Below are positions 7,838-16,630 of a DNA stretch of 64,000 bases, piece after piece (positions within the stretch are counted from its first letter, which is position 1; each line of letters begins with the position of its first letter). A program made the position numbers and the translations under genes. Origin of the DNA: Candidatus Falkowbacteria bacterium (GTDB taxonomy: Bacteria; Patescibacteriota; Patescibacteriia; UBA11705); contig DOZJ01000006.1 of the NCBI GenBank assembly GCA_003518055.1, forward strand, positions 136,912 through 200,911. Direction: 5' to 3'. The notes under the pieces are model-generated. The model had not been told where the DNA came from and made no database searches. It worked only from the letters and a program-made list of their open reading frames with translations.

Positions 7838-8374
7838 ATGACATATACGGATGCTTCATTACTCACGAATAGTATAATGTCTTCCTATGTAGAGTTGGTT
7901 GTTGGGATATTTGCAATTCGTCAGAATGGAATAGGAAATTTGTTTTGTTCTATTGGTGAGTTAAGTGTTGAATCCTCATTTAAACACCAACACTTTATAA
8001 TAGGATTACAGGATTTTATTTCAAAAATTACAACGGATGAATATAAAATGTTACACATGCAGACTGCTTTTAGACAGTTGAATCGAATGTTTATTTTATC
8101 GATGTGGGAAATATTGGTGGGGCATAATCGATATAATGATATTTGTAATGAGGAGGAAATCCAGTTTTTTCGACATATAAGAAATGGGTGTGCTCATGAT
8201 AATAAGTTAAATTTTAAGCAACTAGAAAAAACAGCTAAATGGAGAACTGTTGAGTTGAAGAGTTCTGATATTGCTAGGTCGATTTTTCCCGATGTTCTAA
8301 AAGATGGGGACCCAATTTTGTTATTAATAGATATAAATAATAAATATTTTACCCCGATTAATTTTTATAAGTAA
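7838..8374 (+). CDS. HEPN-superfamily protein (Abi_2 / AbiD-AbiF-like R-N-x3-A-H motif), predicted RNase
   Basis: FFRHIRNGCAHDNKL matches the R-x4-6-H HEPN signature in its Abi_2 RN..AH form. Start is 4 nt after the mreB stop. Gene is visibly more AT-rich than its neighbours. Confidence 0.45.
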   Translation: MTYTDASLLTNSIMSSYVELVVGIFAIRQNGIGNLFCSIGELSVESSFKHQHFIIGLQDFISKITTDEYKMLHMQTAFRQLNRMFILSMWEILVGHNRYNDICNEEEIQFFRHIRNGCAHDNKLNFKQLEKTAKWRTVELKSSDIARSIFPDVLKDGDPILLLIDINNKYFTPINFYK

Positions 8375-8385
8375 CTTTTAAATTA

Positions 8386-8862
8386 ATGAATTACGCTTTT
8401 ATTGATAGTCAAAATTTAAACTTGGGAGTTCAGGAGTTGGGTTGGAGGTTGGATTGGAAAAAGTTTAGGATATATTTAAAACATAAGTATAAGGTTGAAA
8501 GAGCTTATTTGTTTATTGGTTTTGTTGAAGATAATGGCAATATGTATCGGTTGTTGCAGTCGTACGGTTTTATTTTAGTCTTTAAGCCGACTTTGAAAGA
8601 TGGGAAAGGAAATATAAAGGGGAATGTTGATGCTGATTTAGTTTTGCGAGCAATGGTTGACAAGGAAGAATATGACCAAGCGATAATTGTTACAAGCGAT
8701 GGCGATTTTTATTGTTTGGTAGAGTATTTATACGGAAATAATAAGTTGCGTTGTGTTATTAGTCCGTGCAAGAAATATTGTTCAACATTACTTCAAAGAG
8801 CGGCAAAAGAGAAGATACATTATATGGATAATTTGTGTAAGAAATTGCAGTATTTAAAATGA
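8386..8862 (+). CDS. NYN-domain (LabA/DUF88-like, PIN-related) predicted ribonuclease
   Basis: YAFIDSQNL...VDADLVL...IIVTSDGDF reproduces the three acidic motifs of NYN/LabA nucleases. 158 aa, AT-rich. Confidence 0.6.
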   Translation: MNYAFIDSQNLNLGVQELGWRLDWKKFRIYLKHKYKVERAYLFIGFVEDNGNMYRLLQSYGFILVFKPTLKDGKGNIKGNVDADLVLRAMVDKEEYDQAIIVTSDGDFYCLVEYLYGNNKLRCVISPCKKYCSTLLQRAAKEKIHYMDNLCKKLQYLK

Positions 8863-8905
8863 AAAAGCACCGCTATTAGACTAACCTGAATAGAAGTGCT
8901 TTTTC
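8863..8905 (+). terminator. Terminator after the HEPN-NYN pair
   Basis: AAAGCAC...GTGCTTTTT stem-loop followed by a T-run. Confidence 0.4.
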
Positions 8906-9030
8906 CTATTGATTCCATTATAATTATAGCAAAATTAAGTAATTTGTCAATGTATCCACAGGGTTATAGTAGTTTTGGCTAAATTAATGGAGACCCTGAA
9001 ATAAATTCAGGGTGACGGATTGGAAAATAT

Positions 9031-10245
9031 ATGAAAATCGGCATTGATGCCTCGCGGGCGAATAAGCCCATAAAGACCGGCGTGGAGTGGTATTCATACC
9101 ATATAATTCAAGAACTCAAAAAAATTGACAGCGACAATCAATATTTTTTGTATACCAACACGCCGCTTGATATGGGGTTGGAGAAGTGTCCGGGGAATTT
9201 CAAAGAGGTGTGGCTCAAATGGCCGCTTCGCTATATGTGGACTTTGATTCGGCTCAGCTGTGAAATAAAATTCGGGAAAACCAAACCGGATTTGTTGTTT
9301 GTGCCGGCTCATACGCTGCCGCTGGTTAATCCATCCAAATCGGTGGTAACCATTCATGACATCGGATATGAACGCTTTCCGGATTTGTACAAATGGCCGC
9401 AAAGATTTTATCACAAATGGAGCTCAAGATTTGTAAAAAAACACGCGACAAAAATTTTGACCGTGTCGGAATTTTCCAAAAAAGAAATAATGGAAGTGTA
9501 TGGCGTGCCGGAGGAAAAAATCGCGGTGGTTTATAATGGGTATGATAAAGATGTATATGGGTTAAGGGGGCGTGAGGGGGCTGAAGAGGGTGGGGTTACG
9601 AAATTACCCACCTACGCTGATGCTCCGGCGGGCAGGCAAAACATTACCCGCCTACGCATGGGCTACGGCGGGCAGGCAAAAAGTTACGAAAACAAGACTG
9701 CTGTAAATGGGCAGTATATGATGTTCGTCGGCCGGTTGGAGGCGAAGAAAAATATTGAGCGTCTGCTTGACGCGTTTGTGACTTTCAAGGCCAAAAATCC
9801 TGAGGATAAACACAAACTGGTGTTGGTTGGCAAGCCAAGGCCGGAGTTTCAGCAAAAGATGATGCGGCTCGCCCTTGAAAATAAAGATAATGATATTATT
9901 CATTTTGAATATTTGAAGGCGGCCGAGGTGGCGTCGTTGTTGCATCGGGCGGATTTGTTTGTGTTTCCGTCGTTGTATGAAGGTTTTGGCATTCCGGTGC
10001 TGGAAGCCATGGCCTGCGGCTGTCCGGTGATTTGCGCCAATACGACATCTTTGCCTGAAGTCGCGGGTGAAGCCGCGATTATGTTTGATCCCGAACGGGT
10101 GGATTTGATCGTAAAGGCGATGGAAACCGTGCTTTTTAATCCCACCGTTGCGGTGGCGTTGAAGGAAAAAGGTTTGGAGCGCGTCAAGGCGTTTTCATGG
10201 AATAAAGCAGCGAGGGAGATAAAGGAGATTATGGAAAAAATATGA
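9031..10245 (+). CDS. Glycosyltransferase family 4, carrying an in-frame repeat insertion
   Basis: C-terminal EGFGIPVLEAMACGCPVI...E GT-B retaining-GT motif. A low-complexity insert (GLRGREGAEEGGVTKLPTYADAPAGRQ...GYGGQAK) is encoded by repeat R2. Confidence 0.8.
   Translation: MKIGIDASRANKPIKTGVEWYSYHIIQELKKIDSDNQYFLYTNTPLDMGLEKCPGNFKEVWLKWPLRYMWTLIRLSCEIKFGKTKPDLLFVPAHTLPLVNPSKSVVTIHDIGYERFPDLYKWPQRFYHKWSSRFVKKHATKILTVSEFSKKEIMEVYGVPEEKIAVVYNGYDKDVYGLRGREGAEEGGVTKLPTYADAPAGRQNITRLRMGYGGQAKSYENKTAVNGQYMMFVGRLEAKKNIERLLDAFVTFKAKNPEDKHKLVLVGKPRPEFQQKMMRLALENKDNDIIHFEYLKAAEVASLLHRADLFVFPSLYEGFGIPVLEAMACGCPVICANTTSLPEVAGEAAIMFDPERVDLIVKAMETVLFNPTVAVALKEKGLERVKAFSWNKAAREIKEIMEKI
9570..9690. repeat. 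GC-rich dispersed repeat R2 (tandem half-units) in frame within the GT4 gene
   Basis: TTACCCACCTACGC...CCGGCGGGCAGGCAAAA occurs twice in tandem, preceded by a G-rich GGGGGCGTGAGGGGGCTGAAGAGGGTGGGG leader. Confidence 0.6.
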
Positions 10246-10389
10246 GCGTAGTCTCCCTGAATCTTGTACCGGATTAGATCCGGTATTATTTCAGGGTAGC
10301 GACTTGTTTGTTTATAGTTTGAAACGAGTTCAGACTGACAAGGACTCGTGGGTTTATATGGAAATAAGAGTTTTGTGGTATAATTTATT

Positions 10390-11433
10390 ATGTCAGATCC
10401 CAAATTACAACTGGATTGGCAGGTGATTGGGCATGAACCGATTCTGCGGTTTTTGGAAAATAGTTTGGTCAAACGCTCACTGGCTCACGCCTATATTTTT
10501 GCCGGTCCGGCCAAAATCGGCAAGACAACAATCGCGAAACGATTTTGCCGCTTTGTTATTTGCGAGAAATTTACCAAATTGGATTTTTCGGTAAATGATC
10601 TTGCTCAGCTCGGATGTGGTGAGTGTAATCCATGCCGGATGAACGCCAAAGGTCTGTACGCTGATTTTCATATTGTTGAAAGAGAATTAAATAAGTCTGG
10701 AGTATTGAAGAAAAATATTTCGATTGAGCAGATTCGGAATTTGCGGTCACGGCTTAATAAACGATCATATCAAAATTCATATAAGGTGGTGTTAATTCCC
10801 GAAGCGGAGGCTTTGAGTGTGGAGGCTGGTAATGGGCTGCTTAAGTTTTTGGAAGAACCAACGCCCAAAACAATTTTGATTTTAAATGTTACGGACAAAA
10901 ATTTGGTTTTGCCAACCATATTGTCGCGGTGTCAGACCCTGCAGTTTGCGCCGGTGCCAAGAGAGACGGTTTATCAAGATCTTTTATCTCGCGGTTTGAA
11001 TAATAATGATGCGTGGGAGATAGCGGCATTATCAGCCGGACGGCCAACGGTTGCGGTTCAATTGGCTGAAAATAAGGACGTCTTTGATGAATATAAGAAA
11101 AATATTTCCGATATTTTTGGCTTATTGACGGTGAGTTTGAGCGAAAGGTGGTTGAGACTCGACAGCCTGCTTGGCCGGGCTGAGCAAAAACAAAAATCTT
11201 TAGCTATTATGCAGAATTTGTCGGCGATTTTCCGTGATTTGCAGTTGATTCAGATCTATCAGGATAATTTGATTCAGCATGTATTTTTGCGTGATGAATT
11301 ATCAGTATTGGGAAGACGGAACGTTTCTTGGTTTAAGAAAATCAAGCAGGTTCAGCGCGGAATAGATTTGGTTGAACGAAATGTCACTCCCCGGTTGGTT
11401 TTGGAAACCATATTGATGACTAATGAAGATTAA
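10390..11433 (+). CDS. holB: DNA polymerase III delta' subunit
   Basis: AAA+ clamp-loader fold: HAYIFAGPAKIGKT Walker A, CGECNPC zinc module, SRC-like SRCQ motif. Confidence 0.75.
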   Translation: MSDPKLQLDWQVIGHEPILRFLENSLVKRSLAHAYIFAGPAKIGKTTIAKRFCRFVICEKFTKLDFSVNDLAQLGCGECNPCRMNAKGLYADFHIVERELNKSGVLKKNISIEQIRNLRSRLNKRSYQNSYKVVLIPEAEALSVEAGNGLLKFLEEPTPKTILILNVTDKNLVLPTILSRCQTLQFAPVPRETVYQDLLSRGLNNNDAWEIAALSAGRPTVAVQLAENKDVFDEYKKNISDIFGLLTVSLSERWLRLDSLLGRAEQKQKSLAIMQNLSAIFRDLQLIQIYQDNLIQHVFLRDELSVLGRRNVSWFKKIKQVQRGIDLVERNVTPRLVLETILMTNED

Positions 11434-11476
11434 AATTGATAAAAATATTTATTTAATAAAAAATAAAGACAAAAGT

Positions 11477-12553
11477 ATGGGACGTAAAATTATTTTAACC
11501 GGATTAATTTTAATGTTGTCAGTGACTCTCACCGGCTGTATTTCATTTGGGAAAAAAGAAACAGCGGCTGGCAGTGGTGTGGGCGCAGTTGCCACCGGCG
11601 ACAGAGGAGATACTTGGGTTGCGAAATATAAATTGATGACTCCCGGCGCGATTGAGGCCAATATCGGCGGTGTTAATGTCACGACGATCGAGATGGATCC
11701 GACTGATACTAACGCGATTTATATGGGTACGCGCGGTAATGGTTTGTATTATTCTTATAATGGCGGTGACGGGTGGGATCACGCGGATGTGTTGTCCAAA
11801 GTCGCGGCCGGACAGATCAATTCAATATCGATTGACGCCAAAGATAAATGCAGCGTGTACGCGGCGGTCACCAATAGAGTGGTTAAAACCAGTGACTGCA
11901 ATCGAACGTGGCAGCAGGTGTTTAACACGGCTAAAGCTGATGAGGCGGTAGTCGATGTGGTGGTGGATTGGTTTAATACTTCTATCGTTTACGCGGCGGC
12001 AAAAGACGGTTCAGTGTATCAGAGTGCTAATGCCGGCGCCAGCTGGGCTAAATTGGCGGATGTTGAGCAAGAAATCAAAGAATTGGAAATCAGTTCAAAA
12101 GACAGCCGCGTGTTATTTATGACAACTGTGGCGGCCGGATTGTACAAATCAACTGATGGCGGTAAAAGCTGGCTGAGTATGAATGAGCGGATGGAATCTT
12201 TGGGCGGCAAGTATCGCAATGGTTACGCGGTGGCAGTGTCGAAAAATAATCCGGGCAAAGTATTTTATCTGTCGCGTCTCGGGCTGCTTCAGAGTTTTGA
12301 TAACGGTGAAACTTGGTCAAAAATCGCATTATTAACCGGTGAAAACGAAGCGACGTTCAATGCTCTCGATGTTTCAGTCAAAGATGATAATTTGATCTTT
12401 TTGGTCAGCGGCAGTACACTTTATCGCACGGTGAATGGCGGTCAGACGTGGGAAACGAGGAAGCTTCCAAGCACGGCAATTTTAACTGATTTGGATGTTC
12501 ATCTGGCAAATGACAAGCTGTTGTTTGTCGGGTTCAGTGCGCCGCAGAAGTAG
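11477..12553 (+). CDS. Lipoprotein with BNR/Asp-box beta-propeller repeats
   Basis: Lipobox LTGC. Repeated S-x-D-x-G-x-(S/T)-W motifs (TDGGKSW, NGGQTW, DNGETW, NAGASW). Confidence 0.55.
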   Translation: MGRKIILTGLILMLSVTLTGCISFGKKETAAGSGVGAVATGDRGDTWVAKYKLMTPGAIEANIGGVNVTTIEMDPTDTNAIYMGTRGNGLYYSYNGGDGWDHADVLSKVAAGQINSISIDAKDKCSVYAAVTNRVVKTSDCNRTWQQVFNTAKADEAVVDVVVDWFNTSIVYAAAKDGSVYQSANAGASWAKLADVEQEIKELEISSKDSRVLFMTTVAAGLYKSTDGGKSWLSMNERMESLGGKYRNGYAVAVSKNNPGKVFYLSRLGLLQSFDNGETWSKIALLTGENEATFNALDVSVKDDNLIFLVSGSTLYRTVNGGQTWETRKLPSTAILTDLDVHLANDKLLFVGFSAPQK

Positions 12554-12555
12554 CG

Positions 12556-12592
12556 TTTAGCGTATAGGGTATAGCGTATAGAGTGAAATAAT
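12556..12592. repeat. AGCGTTTAGCGTATAGGGTATAG repeat copy
   Basis: Same motif forms the arms of a long imperfect palindrome at 34795-34915. A weaker copy lies at 59330-59390. Confidence 0.45.
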
Positions 12593-12625
12593 ATTTCAAA
12601 ATTAGAAATTAATTGTTAATATTTT

Positions 12626-13183
12626 ATGGCCAATCAATACATTGCGAAAAATCAGGAGGACGTGGACAAAGCGATTGATCATTTTAAATCGGAAATTTCA
12701 TCTCTGCGTACCGGTCGAGCCAATCCGGCGTTGGTTGAGAATGTTTTTGTCGAGTGTTATGGCGTAAAAACTCCGATCAAGCAATTGGCGAGTATTTCAG
12801 TTCCCGAGCCGCGGGTATTGCGGATTGAACCGTGGGATAAGAGTTTGTTAAAAGAGATTGAAAAAGGGATAAGCGCGGCTAATATGGGTTTTCAAGGGGT
12901 GATTGACGGTAATATTGTCCGTGTGACCTTGCCTCAAATGACCGAGGAAAACCGCAAGGATTTGATTAAAATTTTGAAAGAAAAATTGGAGGCAGCGAGA
13001 GTGGCGGTGCGGTCGATTCGGGAAAGAATCAAGGAAGATATTATGGAGGCGGAAAAAAATAAAGAATTGAGAGAAGACGATAGATTTGAGTTTATCAAAG
13101 AACTTGATCGGGAAATCGAAATGTGGAATAGGAATTTGGAAGATATCGGAGAGGCAAAGGAAAAAGAAGTTATGACGGTTTAA
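12626..13183 (+). CDS. frr: Ribosome recycling factor
   Basis: 185 aa, collinear with RRF (...VECYGVKTPIKQLASISVPEPR...). Confidence 0.9.
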   Translation: MANQYIAKNQEDVDKAIDHFKSEISSLRTGRANPALVENVFVECYGVKTPIKQLASISVPEPRVLRIEPWDKSLLKEIEKGISAANMGFQGVIDGNIVRVTLPQMTEENRKDLIKILKEKLEAARVAVRSIRERIKEDIMEAEKNKELREDDRFEFIKELDREIEMWNRNLEDIGEAKEKEVMTV

Positions 13184-13213
13184 TCGCAATAATTATTTTT
13201 GAAATAAAATTAT

Positions 13214-13960
13214 ATGCAATTTGATAAACCATTATCTACTCCAAGTACTGCGGCTGAAATGAAAAAGCAGGAGCTGCCAAAAATGGAGTCAATTAAACTG
13301 CGGTTAAAAGTTTTACGGCATTTTACGGAGCTTCGTGAGGTTGAGGATACGAGTTATGATTATAATAGAATACAGTGGTACGATGAAAATGATAAATTGA
13401 AGCTTCCAATGCCTGAACAATATGTTAAAGATCTCAATGAGGTTTTGGAACCAATGAAAGTTGATCTGGCTGAATATATGAGGGTAATGTGTAAGAAGCA
13501 AAATAAGGATTTTGCAAAGGAATGGTCATTGGTTGAGAAATTGATGTCTACCGTAATAGAGCCTTCACGTATAAACAGTGATTTTGGCCCGGGTGGAGAA
13601 TGGATAGAAAGTTTGGGTAGTTTGGAGCGTATCTACGAGAATGAATTGGATGATATTGAACCGATTTACACCTATGTGTCAAATTATTCTGTATCATTGG
13701 CTGATTTTGCGGCAGACCCGGATGAGTACGAATCTCATTCAACCGCAGCCTACAAAGTTTTGGGTGATTTGGCGATTAGGGTGAGATACAATCAAGATAT
13801 TGATTTTAAGGCAGATTATGAAGTGACAGATTTGGAAATGTTTCATACTGATCTCAAGAAATCTATGGACCGTCTCGCTGATGAGGCTCGGGAGCTTGAG
13901 GAAAAACTAGCTCGGGTAAATGAAGAAAAAGAGCGCCGGATGAAGTTATTACAAAAGTAA
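13214..13960 (+). CDS. Hypothetical protein
   Basis: 248-aa ORF in the operon between frr and glyQS. No recognisable domain. Confidence 0.4.
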   Translation: MQFDKPLSTPSTAAEMKKQELPKMESIKLRLKVLRHFTELREVEDTSYDYNRIQWYDENDKLKLPMPEQYVKDLNEVLEPMKVDLAEYMRVMCKKQNKDFAKEWSLVEKLMSTVIEPSRINSDFGPGGEWIESLGSLERIYENELDDIEPIYTYVSNYSVSLADFAADPDEYESHSTAAYKVLGDLAIRVRYNQDIDFKADYEVTDLEMFHTDLKKSMDRLADEARELEEKLARVNEEKERRMKLLQK

Positions 13961-15340
13961 ATGACTATGAAAAATACGAACGATAATTTAATGGACAAAA
14001 TCGTCAGCTTATGCAAACGGCGCGGTTTTATTTTTCCGTGCTCGGAAATTTACGGCGGTTTTGCCAATTCATACACCTATGGACCTTATGGCGTGGAATT
14101 GAAGCGCAATATCAAAGATTTGTGGTGGAAGATGTTTGTGTCTGACCGTGAGGATATGGTTGGCATTGATGGGCCAATTATTCTCCACCCGAAAGTATGG
14201 GAGGCGTCGGGACATACGACGAATTTTAACGACGCCATGGTTGACTGCAAAAAGTGCAAAAATCGGTTTCGCGCCGATCATTTGGTGGACGAGGCGACCG
14301 GTGAAGATATGGAGGGCAAGCTGGATGAAATGACAGCGGTTTTTGCGTCAGGTAAAATCAGTTGTCCGAATTGTGGCAAAAAAGATTGGACTGAGGTGCG
14401 CAGTTTTAACATGATGTTTGAAACTAAAATGAATACGGTCAGTGGCGAAGAAGCTAATATGGCTTATTTGCGGCCGGAAACCGCGCAGGCGATTTTTATT
14501 GAATTCAAAAACGTGATTGATTCCACTAGGGTGAAGCTGCCTTTTGGGATCGCGCAAATCGGTAAAGCTTTTCGTAATGAAATCGTGGCTGGAAATTTTA
14601 TTTTTAGGTTGAGAGAATTCGAACAGATGGAGATTGAATATTTTATCAATCCAAAGATGAAATGGGAAAAGATGTTTAATGATTGGTTGGTGTTTCAGGA
14701 AGAATTTGCGTATCGTTTGGGAGCCAAGAAAGAAGATTTGCGTCATTATGAGCATCCGGATGAAAAACGCGCGTTTTATTCCAAGAAAACGATTGACATC
14801 GAGTACAATTTCCCGTTTGGTTTCAAGGAATTGTTTGGATTGGCTCATCGTTCGGATTATGATTTGAAGCGTCATGCGGAATTTTCCGGTCAAAAATTGG
14901 AATATCTGGATCAGGAAACGAATGAAAAATTCATTCCTCACGTGCTCGAGCCGACATTTGGTTTGGATCGCAGCATTTTGGTGGCTTTATTGGCCGCGTA
15001 TAGAGAAGAAGAAGTTGAAGGTGAAGTCAGAACCGTGATGGCTTTCCCTAAAGATATCGCGCCGGTTCAGGTGGCGGTGTTTCCTTTATTAAAAAACAAA
15101 GAAAATCTTGTCGCCAAAGCGCGGGAAGTTTTTGGTATGTTGAAAAAAGAATTCCGGGTGGAATTCGACGACAACGGCAACATCGGCAAGCGCTACCGCC
15201 GGCAGGATGAAATCGGTACACCGTATTGTGTCACCATTGATTTTGATACGCTGGAAGACAATACCGTGACAATCAGAGATCGGGATACGATGAAGCAGGA
15301 ACGGGTCAAAATTTCCGATTTAGCGGAAGGTTTAAGTTGA
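13961..15340 (+). CDS. glyQS: Glycyl-tRNA synthetase (alpha2 dimeric type)
   Basis: Class II aaRS motifs, insertion-domain Zn cysteines and a C-terminal anticodon-binding domain. 459 aa. Confidence 0.9.
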   Translation: MTMKNTNDNLMDKIVSLCKRRGFIFPCSEIYGGFANSYTYGPYGVELKRNIKDLWWKMFVSDREDMVGIDGPIILHPKVWEASGHTTNFNDAMVDCKKCKNRFRADHLVDEATGEDMEGKLDEMTAVFASGKISCPNCGKKDWTEVRSFNMMFETKMNTVSGEEANMAYLRPETAQAIFIEFKNVIDSTRVKLPFGIAQIGKAFRNEIVAGNFIFRLREFEQMEIEYFINPKMKWEKMFNDWLVFQEEFAYRLGAKKEDLRHYEHPDEKRAFYSKKTIDIEYNFPFGFKELFGLAHRSDYDLKRHAEFSGQKLEYLDQETNEKFIPHVLEPTFGLDRSILVALLAAYREEEVEGEVRTVMAFPKDIAPVQVAVFPLLKNKENLVAKAREVFGMLKKEFRVEFDDNGNIGKRYRRQDEIGTPYCVTIDFDTLEDNTVTIRDRDTMKQERVKISDLAEGLS

Positions 15341-15690
15341 AATATGGAGCGTCAAGAGGTCAAACAATCAGATGTCTTGAAAGAATTGGAACAGTTGAAA
15401 ACGCCGGTAAGACGCTTTACGGAACAGGCGGCGCGTTCAGAGGGGGTGGATTTGGTGAAATCGAGCGTCGGTTGGTTTTGGAGTTGAAGTCAAGGGGGTA
15501 TCTTCATGGCCGCCAAGCCAGATCTTGGGTTGAGGCTGGTGGTGATCCGACAAAAGCGATGCATAATTACAAATTTTACCATTTTGCCATTGGTAGCAGT
15601 CTTGGGTTAGATAAATCCCTTTGGCCGCTGTATGATGATTTCCCGGGAGATGATTCAGTAATAAAAATTTTAAATAGTTGGGTTAAATGA
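15337..15690 (+). CDS. Hypothetical protein
   Basis: ORF overlapping the glyQS stop. No recognisable domain. Confidence 0.3.
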   Translation: MKYGASRGQTIRCLERIGTVENAGKTLYGTGGAFRGGGFGEIERRLVLELKSRGYLHGRQARSWVEAGGDPTKAMHNYKFYHFAIGSSLGLDKSLWPLYDDFPGDDSVIKILNSWVK

Positions 15691-15857
15691 TAATCAAATC
15701 AGGCTTAGCGGCCTGTTTTTGTTTTACGTTGTAAATCGCCTAATGATTTAGATGTGAAGAAAATAATTGAGACATGTTTCTTCTTATATGAGTTATTTTA
15801 TTGAAAGAAATAAAAAGGCTATATTGCTTAAAATAAGTCTAAATTAGACTTTATCGG

Positions 15858-15886
15858 TTGACATTTTTGGTAAAATGTGATATCAT
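15858..15886 (+). promoter_or_regulatory. Promoter TTGACA-17-TATCAT for the GC-rich Zn-ribbon gene
   Basis: TTGACAtttttggtaaaatgtgaTATCAT, followed by RBS GAAGGGAGGGGA. Confidence 0.5.
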
Positions 15887-15936
15887 GATAGGTCACCTAA
15901 TCGTGCGAGTAGCACCATTACGAAGGGAGGGGAGCC

Positions 15937-16476
15937 ATGAACGGCGGAATCGAGATTCTGTGTCCGAAGTGCGGCAGCTACGCCCACAATGGGCGGGACA
16001 ACTTCTGCGCCTCCTGTGGGCACCGGTTCGAGGCCAAGGACCGCGTCAAGCGGATCGGCGAGCTGCGCGACGAGGGAGTCTATCGGATTTCGATGGAAGC
16101 CTTCGAGGCAGAGTGTAACTGTGAGCCGCGGGAAGGTGGCTACCTCGACAGCTTGGTTGGCCGACATGCCACAGCCGTCCTGATCAAGCTGAAGTATCCG
16201 CGAGAGACCCACCCATACCTCTGCGGCTACTGTGGCAAGCGCGTCTCGGATTCGACCGACGGCAAGTGCGACACCTGCGCTCAGCAGCTGTGGGTGGAGC
16301 GGACCGACGAGTCCGAAGCCCGCTGGTGCTGGAACATGGAGTCGTACGGCACAGCGGTCAACTGTACCTGCGGCCTCGAGGTCTGGACCGACATGCCAGA
16401 GTGCCCCAAGTGCCGCAAGCCGATCGACGAGATCGTCGAGGCGGCATCGGAAGATGACGCAGACGACGACGATTAG
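15937..16476 (+). CDS. High-GC (~62%) multi-zinc-ribbon protein with acidic C-terminal tail
   Basis: Five or more CxxC pairs (CPKCGS...CASCGH, CGYCGK, CDTC, CTCG, CPKC) and a terminal EDDADDDD. Codon usage is G/C-rich at third positions, unlike its neighbours. Has an AT-rich host-type promoter and RBS. Confidence 0.55.
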   Translation: MNGGIEILCPKCGSYAHNGRDNFCASCGHRFEAKDRVKRIGELRDEGVYRISMEAFEAECNCEPREGGYLDSLVGRHATAVLIKLKYPRETHPYLCGYCGKRVSDSTDGKCDTCAQQLWVERTDESEARWCWNMESYGTAVNCTCGLEVWTDMPECPKCRKPIDEIVEAASEDDADDDD

Positions 16477-16630
16477 AGCTTGGTTAGTTCGTCATTTCAA
16501 GTGACAAGGATAAATTTAATCTTTGATTTGTGAGAAGGTTGATAAACAGCCTTCTTTTTTGTTAATTTATTGGCTTTGATAAAGTTAAGTGATATAATAT
16601 GAATGAGTTAATTTATATTTATTTTTAAAA

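Noticed and set aside
11423-11476. Longer N-terminus of the BNR lipoprotein from the ATG at 11423
   Set aside because: The signal-peptide/lipobox architecture starts cleanly at the internal Met (MGRKIILTGLILMLSVTLTGC). The upstream 18 codons overlap the holB stop and are Lys/Ile-rich filler.
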